Of a stretch of 64,000 nucleotides of DNA, positions 26,129 through 40,143 are shown piece after piece. The position numbers were made by a program, and so were the translations under genes. Under the pieces are notes generated by a model, which searched no databases, was not told the DNA's origin, and was given only the letters and a program-made list of their open reading frames with translations. Within the stretch, counting starts at the first letter, position 1. Each line of letters opens with the position of its first letter. The stretch spans positions 4,650,001 through 4,714,000 of the forward strand of contig CM022670.1 in the NCBI GenBank assembly GCA_012295275.1. The letters are read 5' to 3'. This stretch comes from Chrysomallon squamiferum (Eukaryota > Animalia > Mollusca).

Positions 26129-27253
26129 TGCATTGTGTATATGTACATTTATATATGGAGATGCATATGTGTGTGTACTATGTACTTACTTAAACATATG
26201 TATTTAAATATTAGTATAGATAGACGGATGCAGCTGTATAAGTATATAGGTATACAATTAATACTATAACAATACGGAAAGAGAGTTTAGACGTGTTTAA
26301 GTCGTTAGAGAGAGATCACACATCTACCTACATCAACGTGTGTATATTTAACATGTATTATTAATGCCAGGATATACTAATGTGAAAATAATCACAAACG
26401 TATTTGTTTGAAAATAGGTAAATAAATAGTCTTAAAAATTAATAAGCAATTCACAAACAAATGACGATATTTACCAAATTTAATCTAGAAATAAACACAA
26501 ATCTCAGATTACAAAATTGCAAAATCATGCTAAACAGTTCGTCGATCCATTCTTAATAAATATTCAAAGGGGGAAATACTCATCTGTATAAACTGTGACA
26601 AAGCGAGAAATAATCGCAGTTTCAACAGAAAATTTCCATAAAGACATTTTTAAAAGATAATAATAGCTTAAAAACTGCTCTCTGTTATTTTCCTTCGTGT
26701 TATCAAGCGTCGGTGCTCACACCAGGCAACCGGCAGCTAATTTAAATTCACTCCGGGCAGAACTGCGATAATTTCACCCTCGAACCGAGCCGGGTACCGG
26801 ACTCACAGTCGCGGAATCTTCCTGGGGAATATTTACGGCTCTCGGAGATGATAGACGTATTCAGAAACGCACAAAGCGATTAATTTACTTGTTTTGTTTT
26901 CCTTTGAGGACTCTTGCGCAATGCACACAGCGGGTAGCGTACCTTGTTTAGCTTCAGGTTATTTATGCAGAGGTGACAGATGGACGAAATTTCACGAGTA
27001 AATAAAATGTTGTCACTGGTATCTCAGTCTTTTGATTAATTGATAATGGTGTACTGTCTGTCTCTTCTATTTCTCTCTTTCTATCTATTTCTGTCAGTCT
27101 GTCTGTCTCTATTTACCTATAATCCTTTCTTTTTCTCTCTCTTTCTCTCGCTTTCCTCTTTATCTCAGCTTTTATTTCTCTGTTTTTACTATGTATTTAT
27201 TTTGCTATCTGTCTTTATAACGTTCTCTTTCTCTGTCGTTTCTGCTCTTACTT

Positions 27254-27277
27254 TCTCTCTCTCCCTCTCTCTCTCCC

Positions 27278-27361
<84 letters not shown>
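27254..27361. repeat. (CT)n microsatellite
   Basis: Read directly from the sequence. Confidence 0.95.
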
Positions 27362-27363
<2 letters not shown>

Positions 27364-28669
27364 GATATATATATATTTTAAAGTATGCCTCGTTACCTAC
27401 ACCTATTTCCTATTCATTTTTTTCCAGTTCTCTCAACCGTGTAAACTAAAGTGCCGTGGTTATTTTTCATTGCTTAATTGCTTTCACAAACGTATTCGTT
27501 TTTTGTAATTCTCTCGTTAACTTTCTCCAAACTCGTCAAACTGTCGCCAGACACGAATGAAACAGGACTTACAAAAAGTAACGTAAAGTGCAATTTTACC
27601 AGATTTCTTCTTCTTGTTCTTGTTTATTTTTATTCTAAAATATTAAATCCAAACACTACAGTCAAACGGGACTAATAAATAAATATTTAGGGGTTTTGGG
27701 GGGTTTTTTTTTTTTTTTTTGTCATTCTCTATAATATTATTATCGTTATGTTCATATGTATTTTTTTTTTTCTCCGTTTATTGCAGCTGATGTTGTTATT
27801 ATTATTATTGTTGTTGTAGATGTTGTTGTTATGGTTATTATCTATATTATTGTTACGATTATGATTATATGAATTATTATTATATATTATTATTATTGTT
27901 GTTGTTGTTACGCTATATGCTGTTGGTTGCATTGTTATCGCCATCTCACTAAATTTGTTAATATTCCATATACGTGTGTCTGGGCGTTTGCGTGAATGTA
28001 TATTTTAGTGCGTGTGCATTCGTCTTTGAATGTGTGTGTGTGCTTGTGCCGATGTGAGTGTGCGTGAGTGAGTGTGTGTGTGTGTGTGTATGCTTGTGTG
28101 TGAATAAATAAATAATTAATAAAACTGTAGTAGAAGGCTAGCTCGCAACTGAGGAAGTACAACAACGTTTACAAAAAAAGCAACCCAACAAAACACCACA
28201 CACAGACTCATAAATTGATTATACGACCCCCAGATCTCGTTTTTGTTAATAAACTCCAAACTCGCTGCTACATCAAGCTATCGATTTCAACTAATCGTCG
28301 ACATTCATTTTTCCGGGCCGTTCAATAATGAGAAACAACACGAAATCGAAATTTAGGATTTTGTATTTTCGTTTCCCACGTGCAAGCCATGTGTCTGTAG
28401 ACAGCTCTAGATTTCCTTGCCCCGGGGTGTGCGGTTGCTGAAACCTGCAACCCGTCTGACTGACACCCGGGTTGGGTAGCTGGTTTAATCGGCGTAGCTC
28501 GTTGAGGTGTAATGTTATGTACGTGCACCTACCACTTTCCCACAGGTATCGCTGTTTAATGGCGGAGCTATTCGCTCTCCAGGTGTACATTGCATGTAAC
28601 TTGCTCATCAAGTGTAAGGGTTTCCCCTGTGGAGCCTCAATCTCTCCTTACTGGAGAACGATGTTTTAA

Positions 28670-28671
28670 TT

Positions 28672-28738
<67 letters not shown>

Positions 28739-28742
28739 TTTT
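28670..28742. repeat. (ATTT)n microsatellite
   Basis: Read directly from the sequence. Confidence 0.95.
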
Positions 28743-31050
28743 TTATTATTTTTTTTTTTACTTATTTTAACTTTTTTATTTATTTATTTATTATTTTTAT
28801 ATATTTATTCATTTATTTATTTATTTATGTAATTTAATTTTGTATTATTATTTTTTTAATAAACTTATTTTATTTTTATTTTATTTTATTTTTTTATTTA
28901 TTATCTCCCTCTCATTTCATATTGAAAATAAAACGCCTTCATTTCCTTTTCAAAATTTGTTGATATAAACAGACAGAATTATAATATGAATAGCAAACAC
29001 CTGTAGGCCTTTCAGAAAACTATTTAGAGCTTTCAACATTTATTAAAATGTATTAAAATTGAAAGAAAATGAATTAAATAAATTCCTTGTGCGGAACTGA
29101 TGTAAAGTGTCAAACCCTGTCAGTAATAAGATTCATTTTTGTATATGTCCAATGTCTTTACTTAGGTATGTGGTGAAATACCTTAAGACATGTAAATGTG
29201 TATTTTATTAATATGTCTGTATTTACTGAAAGAAGCTCTATTATTATTAAAATGTCGGTAATATTTTGTTTTTAAAAAATTGATTCATTATTTATTCACA
29301 GATTTATTTTGTTTTATTAATTAGTAAAAAGTATTTTCTTATTCTTATGTGTAGATGATCAAGTGCATGCGTGTGTTTCTGTAAATGCATGTGTATTGCC
29401 ATTTTGTGTTTCCAGGTAAATGTTTCTTTCGACCTTGAAACAGATCACAGTTTACACATATTAAGCAAACAGTAGTACTTATATCATCTGTAAGAACCTG
29501 TTCAGTTTGCTGAACTCAAGCTTGAAAAACCGGAGGAAAAAAACACCCAAGAATAAAGACAAGTGAATTTCTGAAGATTTGCTGATTCGCTATATTTTTC
29601 GAGTTAAACATACGAAGATATTAAGAAATAAAACCTAATACATTTTTATAAAAATTTAAACTTTATTTGTTTTATTAACATATACATGTTTTTGCTTAAC
29701 CATATGTATATATAAGATTAAACAGACATTAATGTAGGAAACTTAGGTATATAAGAAAGTACATATTTCTAGGAATGCTTTTAAAAATGGATGGATGAAT
29801 TAATTGATGGATGTATATAAAATATTAGGGTATCTGCCTCCCTTATCTGTATGAAAACTTATATAAAACATACACTGCTATTAATCTAGAAACAGTAATT
29901 CATGGCCTGACCGCACAGTATTTCCTCTCTGTCTGACATTTAACAGTACGAAGCCCTATAGCTACAGATAAAATAAAATCTGTTTTGTTTTATATATATA
30001 TATGTTTATGTGCGTGTGTGTTTAATGCCTCTACTTTGCAGTGATAGATACAAAACGAATTTGTGAGTCTTACCATTGAACAATGAAGAAAACTGGCCTA
30101 ACGAGGAAGATTTCTGGTAATGATGGATGAAGATCATTTATGTGATTCAGAAATCTGAAAACTATGGGTTGAGACCGCTCAGACCTCAATCGGCTTATAC
30201 TTCCGGCTTCTTAACCGTCTGCCTGTCAGGAATTTGAATAAAAAATTTCAACTGATGCATGGTTAAACAAAACGATTATGTTGGCTGGTACGCTCGTTCT
30301 GTAATTTGTTACGACTGAGAAGTACAATGCTAGCTCGCGGCTGTGTCTGTACAAAGGGATTTTGATGTATTGCTTATAATGGGCTTTCACGTGATCTTGT
30401 CAGTGGATTTCTTCAGGACAATACGTACGAAGGTAACTGATATGACAATCACTTGCAGCTGGAGAGAGTGGTATTGCACCGTGCTGATCATCAATGCAGA
30501 TAGTCACCAAGGAGTTGTTGATATCAACGTGTTGCAGTCTAGTGTTATGTTTCTGATTAGCCTTCTCTCTTTCTTTCTTCCTTTTTTCCTGTTGTTAAAA
30601 ATAGAGCTTTTGGTGACTGGACTATGTTTACTTGTTATTCACACACACCCACACAAATACACCTACAAACACATGCATACTACATAAAATATACAACCAT
30701 ATGTACAAACGTACATATAGACGTACATGCATACAGAGATAGAGAGTAGGTTGGATCATTTTTTAGTGAAATTGTCAGACTATATTTATATATTTATACA
30801 CAGATTTATTCAACAATATGTGTGTTATTTTGTTCACAATTCAGAATACGTACATATGTCACATTTTTCAATCACGTGTGAAACGAAATCATGTGCTCAA
30901 ACGCCACCCTTTGAAAATAGTCTACAACAATTTGTTCCAACCCAATACATGCATACTCTCACATGCACACACACAGTACCACACATACAAACGCAACCGA
31001 GAGACAGAAAGAGAGAGACAGAGATAGACAGAGAGAGAGAGAGAAACAAA

Positions 31051-31104
31051 CATGCAGACAGGTAGTTTACTAATACTGTTAAATTTCTTTATAACAAAAA
31101 TATG
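31051..31104 (-). repeat. Inverted copy of the 54-bp repeat at 21301-21354
   Basis: Reverse complement CATATTTTTGTTATAAAGAAATTTAACAGTATTAGTAAACTACCTGTCTGCATG, also followed by CT-rich sequence. Confidence 0.85.
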
Positions 31105-31847
31105 TTGCATTTGACTAGCTTGAACTCTATGACCAGTTCTTTTCACACATATCTCTATCTCTGTCCGTTTTTAAATATATATTTATTACCTTCTCATTTT
31201 GTCATCAAATCCCTTTAACATCGACGAATATTGGTCATAAACGAACGTGACAAAAGACTATTTTGTTGAGCAAATTGTAAGAGCGACTTATTCCAGCGTA
31301 CCGGTTTAACCCACAGGGAACAAAACGTACAAGTATATCTATACAATGACATCGTCAGCGATAGAACGCTGCAGATTATTCGAAATCGTTCGAAAATATG
31401 TTTCAAGATAATAGATGGACACAGGATAATCAAATTTTCTTTCAGTAGATTTGGCTCAACCATGATGCCTCTAAGAACTCGTAGAGTTTGGTCCGTAAAA
31501 ATAAATTTAAAGTGAAAAGAACCGGACAAAGCTGGCCATAATTTCCGTGCAGCAATTGAAGCTGGCAAAAACAGATACGCCTCGGTGATCGTACAATTAC
31601 TGGAGAGATAATGAAATGGTCATCGACTATCCGATCACTCTGATAGGGGAATTTGGAAAATGTGTTGTGAATTGTTGGTAATGTCAATACCGCTATAAAA
31701 CGTGTCCGCTTTACGAGAAATAGAACTATACAGTGTAGTTTTTCCTTGTGTTTTGTTCGTTACTTTTGTTTTCTTTGATTCTTTGGCGCTTTGATGTTTT
31801 ATATACAATATGTAAAGTCGTATCTCTTAAATATATTAATGTTTCGA

Positions 31848-32016
<169 letters not shown>

Positions 32017-32567
32017 TACTCTGTCTCTCCAGTAATCAGTTTTTCTTTCCCACTCATCCCTTCTATTTCTCAACAAATATCGGCTGAGTTAAATATTTGT
32101 ATCATTCTTTTGTCCACAACCCATAAATTGTATCCAATGACACACCCACCATCGAATGATTCATCTGAATCTCCAGCCATCATATTCACATACAAAGCTT
32201 TATTCGATTACATGCAGGCAATGTAACTGTGTGTGTAAGTGTGTATTTGTTTATATATGTAAATATTTATATATCTAAGCCTGTGTGTATAAGAATGTAT
32301 ATGTGTTTATTACGTTATGTGTGTGTGAGGGTTTGTGTATATGTATATGTATATATCCGTATGTGTAATAGTGCACTGTCTGACCTATATAATTGCCTCG
32401 TCATAAGTCAAACCCAGCAGGTAATAAAACATCATACAGTTAAATATAAATTATTATCTGTCAAATAATTATAGTTACTGCATTTACTGCCTACGGCGTT
32501 TTCTTTTCATTCTTTAACTTACTATTATATACACGTATGTGTGTGTGTGTATATATATAGATATCTA

Positions 32568-32601
<34 letters not shown>

Positions 32602-33729
32602 CTTTATTCCATAAATAAATATATGCACCAGCACTGGTAATTATAATGAATTTAATTTATCTTTTGTTATTAATTTCACAACTAACAAACGTGTCAGTTT
32701 AGTCAGAAATGTTTTATGCACTGTTGATTACCTTTCATGTCAATGACTAATTTTCTCATTAATTAATAGTAGTTGTAGTATGAATACTAGAAGTAGTTGT
32801 AGTAGTAGTAATATTAGTAATACCAGCAGTAGCAGAAGCAACAGCAGAAAAAGTAGTAGCAGTAGTAATAGAAATTGCAGTAACAGATGTAGTAGTAATA
32901 GCAGCATCAACATTAATTGCTGCGGTAGAGCAGTAGAAGCAATATGATATTTTGACTTTGATGAAACTGTACCCAGCAACATAATTCAAAAAAAAATCTC
33001 CGAAAAGTTTCTCTGATGTCACATCTACGTTTAATTTTCAACACACGAGAAACTGACTTAAAAAGAAAAAATAAAGTCAGTGAAGACATTACATGACACT
33101 GCAAAACTAAATCAAACCAAGACATTTTGTAGTCTTGCGGTGAAATCGTATATTCTTTACCCTTCCCATTTTTTCACTCAGCCGACAGTAAATTATAATT
33201 ACACCTTCAATTTAAAATTCATTTTCCTCTTCTAATTTTACAAGACAGATCGCGTATTAAGTCACTGAAGACTTCAACAAAAGCGCGGTTTTGATGTCAG
33301 ACAGTGCGGGCAACTCGCAGGCTATCACAGGACGAAATTCTAGACAATTTATGAACCCACCGAATGATGACTGGTTAATCAAAGGATTAGCGTTTAAATC
33401 AATTACGTCGTCCTGACTTCTCTGGTTTCCTTATTTATCATGCATTACCTTGCTCCGCCTGTCACACGAGAGAATAGCAGCTTAATTGAGACACCTATAA
33501 GTTACCTCTGTGTGTATGTCAGTATTGTGTATTTGTCTCGGTTCCAACTCACTCGCGAAATTAAATATTGTTCCCCTTTTCAGGCTAGCTTGGGTATTTT
33601 TCTTTCAAGTAGAAGCGTGCGAAATATCGTGAATATTTCTATAACTTTGCATGTGTATTATGTTTTAGCATTATGTAAATATAGGCATAATATTATGACA
33701 TTTTTACTGATTGATTAATAGGCAATGGC

Positions 33730-33995
33730 TGTGTTTACAGCGCACAGTGAAGCTTGTCAGATTGTCATCTGAACCACTTCCCGTTCCAGACACTGCCCCA
33801 CAACTAATTATAAAAGGCAATGGTGGTGTGTGCTTTCCTGTCTGAAAGAAGGTACATAATAATATATTCACTGCTGCTAATGATAAAACCGACAGCGGTT
33901 TTCTATCTTTTTATCAGAATGATATCGTATAACAGTAGATTTAATGTGTTGAATTCTTCGTTAATAAAATAAATAAAACATTTCTTTCTTCTTCA
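33730..33995 (+). mobile_element. Degenerate SINE-like element, same family
   Basis: Blocks TTCCCGTTCCA (33778), GTGCTTTCC, TGCTGCTAAT, GACAGCGGTTTTCT and TGTGTTGAA plus an AAATAAAACATTTCTTTCTT tail, colinear with the 12.2 kb and 42.5 kb copies. Confidence 0.55.
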
Positions 33996-35022
33996 TTTCA
34001 TATACAGTTGCGTGTTTAAAAAAAAAAAGAATTAATGTGGATGAATAGTTATGATTGTAATGCCGGCAAAAGAAAAAGAGGGAATTTAAAAACAAACGAT
34101 TTCACAGTAAAACTAATCACTTTTTTGTTTTCATTTGACTTTGCTGTATCATGTAATATCAGACATTTTTTTCATAATATTAAAACAGATGTTTAACAGT
34201 TATAAAATAAATGCTGGATTCAAATTCTCTTTAATTCCCTCTGTTGTAGTGTTCTGCAAGATAAGATATATAATCTGAACCGTTATTAAACATAAGCTTA
34301 GAATGTTTAACTGACAGTTCAGCTGGCTGGTCTTGTAGTTATTTAACAGTTCTGTAACATGACCGACACTGTCATCAACGACATGCACCATTCTCCGTGT
34401 TCATCAACGGCAACATAGAAGACTTCGGCAGACCAGCACATAATTAACATGAGTGGCATTCCGTGTTGCTCGTGAAATCACATTAGCAAGAAAGATATTT
34501 CCGCCTGGGTCCAGCAGCCGCGCGGAGTATTTCCATTCTAGCAATGTGCAGCCACACACGTTACAGATTGTATCATAATTGAATCGACGAATTCCTTTCA
34601 TTCGTAATCGTCACAAAACATAAGCTTTGTCAATAAAACGTCCCGCAAGCAGATCTGTTGTCTTCCGGATTGTCTTCGAGGCAGTTACGTAAGAAATAGA
34701 AAACTGTATGTATTTGATTCTGTAATTTGCTGTAATTTGTTTTGTTTTTTATGTTAGATGTTCAGGTGTTCTTTCACTGAAGTTTATATATGATTTGTTA
34801 TTTACATCTTGATACTGAATTAAAGGGATTATAAATGGAAGTGTCTGCGGTCAAATCTCTGTTTCATCTCTGTTAGATATATATTATCAGTAAAGTTAAT
34901 AAATGAAAGTTAGTGAGGCAATAGTAAATAAAAAAAAATTTGAAATTACTCCTTTTCACACTGTACCATTCTATACACAATCAGATCAGAAATACTTTCT
35001 GTGAGACTGAAAAAGGAAAAGA

Positions 35023-35160
<138 letters not shown>

Positions 35161-35772
35161 TTTTGTCCAAATACGTGAGCAAAATACACATTTTAAAAGG
35201 ATTTTATAAAAAATATTTGACATGTCACACATCAATATTTTCTTTACAGACTCCAAAACTTTATTTAAAAAATACATAATAATAAGTTCAATTATATTTA
35301 AAATCAAAGAGAACAGGTGAAGCGAGCAATGATTACAATGAGTTTAATATCACTAGAACTAAAGAAGAAGAAAAAAAAAATCATATTTAAAAAAAAGTAA
35401 TAGAAATTCAATCGACCTCCCGAGTAAACAAAGTGTGGCGAATTGTGGAGAAATTAAGTTAATTCAGACTCTAATTACCCGCATTTGAGCAGGCTTAGAG
35501 CAAAGTAATAAGATACAGCGCTGGCACGTCTGGGCGCCACGTGAGGCAAAACCAGTCGATAACGAGTCAAACTGTCAAGCGCGAGGATTTACTTGGCGTA
35601 AAATACTTTATATTTTCACCAGCTTTTTTTCTCTCTGTTTTTCAGCGTTAAAGACTGACAGCTGAGAATTAGTCTTTTGTTAAAACGCACGAGTATGTAA
35701 TTATAAGAAGTTTTTTAGTGTGTGTAGTTAAGATATCGTTTACATAATGTGTTTAAAATATTATTTATTTAC

Positions 35773-35811
<39 letters not shown>

Positions 35812-37136
35812 TTTGTAAATGAAAATCGTTATTCTGAAATGTCTGTTACACGGAGAATTATCGGCAAACTGGCACTAAATGAAAAAAGATGTGTGTATTA
35901 AATAATACTCTAAAGATCAGGGAGAAAAGAATGTTCGCATAGTTGTTAAGATTTAGTAACAATTACACAGGATTTTCAAGTAATCTGAACTTTCGGGGCT
36001 TTCAGCATGTTTTGTAAATATATTTATGTGCATAGCAGAAATAAGCATTCGTTGAAAAACGTGAGATATATGTCAAGCAGAGAATTTGCTTCATGTTTAG
36101 TAATGCATGAGATTTTGCGAGGATGAAGAAAGAGTGAATGATATTAGAAGAACGGACAGATAATGTGCATGTATAGTGACACTGGTGAGCAAATGAAGAA
36201 AGGACAGATGGACTTGAAAATGAATGGACATCGAGATGAATTTGTGAATGAAAGGACAAAACAAATATATATGTGTGCAAGAAAGTATCTTTGGTCTGTT
36301 TGTCTCTGACTGGATCATTCAACAGACTGATACACGAGAAGAATTAAGAAAAATCATTTTCAAGACATGAATATTCCCAATTAGCCAGCTTCAGGCGGCA
36401 AATTAGCCAGGTACAGATGTCTTCTTATCAGTGAGGCATGGGTAACTGGGCGTGCCTCTTCCACCCCGGTGCCTGTTGCTCTCGATGACACCTTGGACAG
36501 AGTTCATAGATTCTACAACTGACGAAGTATCTTCAGATCTTTACAAAACTAAGGACAAATCCCTTGAACCAGGCCTCTCCTTCGAGGCAATCCTCAATAG
36601 CAAACGGAAACCAAAAAAGCGTAAAGAAAAGGAACCAAACATGCTTGATTTTTAAGCCAATTACGGTCGTTTTAACATTTCTCAAAACTTAACTTTGATA
36701 AACTAGCGACAAGTGTTGTGCTGTATGCGACTGCCGAGGACCATTGTGGTGCTGACATACCTGTCCCCACGTCCACTCCACTGCACCCCGCGCTTCAGTG
36801 ACCACGGTGGTCAAACAGTAGCCCACGATCTTCAGAAATCAGTTTTAATGAAGACAGGTGATACAGAGCTTTTTGTTCGTGGCTTTCATCTCGCACCTTC
36901 TTCAGCTCGGCTACCTTTTTGTGAAGCTACGGTTTGTCATTTTGTAAATTGGAAAATCACAAAATCTGAAGTTCTCTGTAGGAATCGGAGGCAATGGGCC
37001 ACGCTCAAAGCAGATGGTCTAATTTGCAGTTTACAGTAAGCGTGTGAAGGCAGCTGTGAATTCTAATTATCTGTGGATTCATCAACGTGCTGGGTGCTTT
37101 CCCTGGTCAAAACAGATTTATTTTACAATGTCGGTT

Positions 37137-37331
37137 CTATACCTGTTTGATGAATTTAATTTCGCATTATTTCTTCAATACCTATTTGATAAATGTAATT
37201 TCCTATCATTTCTTCTATACCTGTTTCATAAATATAATTTCCTATGTTTTCTTCTATGCCTATATGACAAATATAATTTCCTATTATTTCTTAAATACTT
37301 ATATGATAAATATAATTTCCTATTATTTATA
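37137..37331. repeat. 39-bp minisatellite, 5 copies
   Basis: Unit close to CTATACCTxTTTGATAAATATAATTTCCTATTATTTCTT repeated in tandem. Confidence 0.9.
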
Positions 37332-38483
37332 AATTATATCTGTACACATATTTACTGTTTGATACAGATTTTTATTTAAATTAATTACTAAATGATAAGA
37401 AAATCACTTTTATTAACAGCTTTGCACATTATAGTTAATTAATATAAAATTATAAAAATCGTTGTTTTTTGTATTTCCCTTAAGTATTGTACGAATACCT
37501 GTTTAACATGCATTTTTATTACATATTCTATTTGTATATTTTAAACCTCTTCTGAAAATCATGCACAGGATACGAATAAAAGACGATATATAAAGACTCC
37601 ACTTGCAGAACGATTAGGGTAAAAAAATAAATAAATAAAAATAGGAAAAGCAGAATTAATCTGAGAAAACGAGGTTTGAAATCCGTTATCACTGTTTATT
37701 TTAAAAGAGCGTTTTTATAGCCTTCAGATATTAGTTTAAATAAAGTTTTTCATATATGCTTAAAGATTTTACACGTAAATGTAATTTTGTCAAAAAAAAA
37801 GTATGTAATTTTTATCATTTTGCAAATGCATTGGACTTTTCACATTCAAAATGAGTAAGAGCGAAGAATTCTTTCTTTCCGTTCCTTCTTTCTTTTCTCT
37901 TTCTTCTATTTCGTTATTTATTCATATTTTTCTCTCATTTTACTAAGACTGAGTGCATCACTTTCTGAATCTGCTCTCAGATTCATTAACCACGTCATCG
38001 TTCCCGGCCACGACATAGATCACCTGGCAAACTACCTCAGTGACGTCTTTAATCTCCCGCGAATGGTCTGTCATCATCACCAAGATTACAGGTGCTGCAG
38101 TCACTGTGATGTATACCTGTGTCCACTTACCTGTGATATATCTGTTAGTGTATTACACAGTCAGTGATACATATCACCCTGCAGGGATACATGAAGCCAG
38201 AGCACGAAGATAGAGTAAACATTTTGGGACGGGATCTTTGAAGTGAATTTCTTCTCAAAATTTAAAAAATTGCCAGAAGGTTGCTGATGTGGGAACAGTT
38301 GTGTAATAAGAGTTAGAGAGAGAGTGCGAGTGAGTGTATGAGCGAGAGACAAAAAGAAAGATAGTACTGAATAAAATATTAAATAGATGTATTCAGAAAT
38401 AATATTTATGAAATAGGTATTTAAGAATAAATAGGAAACTACATTTATAAAACAGATTTAAAAGAAATAAAAGGATATGAACG

Positions 38484-38602
<119 letters not shown>

Positions 38603-40014
38603 TGTGTATGTGAGTGAGAGAGAGACTGACAAAGATAGAGAGCTATAGACAGCTGTTTGAGATTTCTGAAACCATATTCTGATGCCAATTTAAAAGCCAG
38701 TAGACAAAAAGAAGAACAACATCGAACTGAAATGAAAAATTAAACGAATAATAAACAGGGCAAGTAGATAAATATTTGATTACACTGTTATTACCTGATA
38801 CCCACTGATACCCATTTCAAATAAAATACAGTTTAAAAAAGAAAACAATTACCTTAGATTCCATGCTAGTTAAAAATATATCATTCTCATACGTTATTTA
38901 GTTCATTTTTTGTTTTCATTATATATATATATATATTTTTATTCATTTATATTTGTTTATTATTATTATTATTTTTATTTTTTTTTTTTTTATTTTTTTT
39001 TTTTTTGTCGTTTGTTTGTTGTTTGTCTGGATTTTATTTTATTTATATTTTTATTTATTTGTTTATTTATTTATAAATTTTTTGTTTGTTTACTGGATGA
39101 GGAGGGTTGTACACAATCTACACAGACGACACAGTTTAACAACTAATAAACGCACTGATTTGTCTTTGCCAAATTAGTTAGATAATTTATCAGTATAACA
39201 TTACTTTACTAGGAATCGGATATCTTTTTCAAACTTTTTTTTTTTTTTTTTTAAATATTACTTTCATAAATCTACGACAGTTCTTACACAGCCTTAGACA
39301 GAATCTCGCTACGAGAAAACAAAAATATAAAACTAATCCAGTTGGATAAACAAAGACAAGTTTTGAACTGGGTTGTTGCGTGCTGCACTTAATTAGTGCT
39401 TCATTACTGTTTGTTTCTGTAGGAGTTGTGTAAAGTCAATATTTACGGTATACTTGCTGTCAGGGCATTAAATAACATGGCTTTCTTGTTTTGAGTGGCA
39501 ACCCCAAATGGTTCAACAGACATTAATAAGAACGTTAGACAGTTTCCTGAAAATAATCACATCACAGACCTACAGCATTTAACTGATTTTTCTGTGGCAT
39601 CCAGCTGTGCATTTTGTATTACGTGTTGAAATGTTTATTTAACTTTCTCTATGAATATGATGAATACGTCTTCTTGACGTTGTGTAATGTGTTATCTTCT
39701 GTTTGTAATGTTTGCTAATCGAAATATTCTAGTTGTTGTTGGAAAGATTAATATCATTAAAAAAAAAAAATTGTGAGATAAGTTTGACTGGAATGTCTAT
39801 AATAATTCAGTTATCTTATATTTTTTGGCAGTGTTTATGATTAACGCAAAGATGAAAGATTTTATAACACGTGTATAATAAAATAATATGGCAGTAAAAA
39901 TAAATGTCAGTATGACAACAGAAAAAAAAAAGTAGAAACAAAACAAGAATATATTAGGTACAGAGAGAAAGAAAGAGAGGATAGAGATAGTAAGAAAAAA
40001 AGAAGAGAGAGAGA

Positions 40015-40143
<129 letters not shown>

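Noticed and set aside
28536-28586. YAG|GT motifs as recursive splice sites
   Set aside because: They lie outside either predicted intron, and the same CAGGT word occurs on both strands throughout, fitting a DNA motif better.
35532-35548. GCGCCACGTGAGGC and GCGCCACTAATAGG (about 56226) as further CTCF sites
   Set aside because: Only about 10/14 matches to the core; the first is better explained as a CACGTG E-box.
37137-37331. 39-bp repeat array as CRISPR-like
   Set aside because: Head-to-tail units without unique spacers, in eukaryotic DNA with no cas genes; an ordinary minisatellite.
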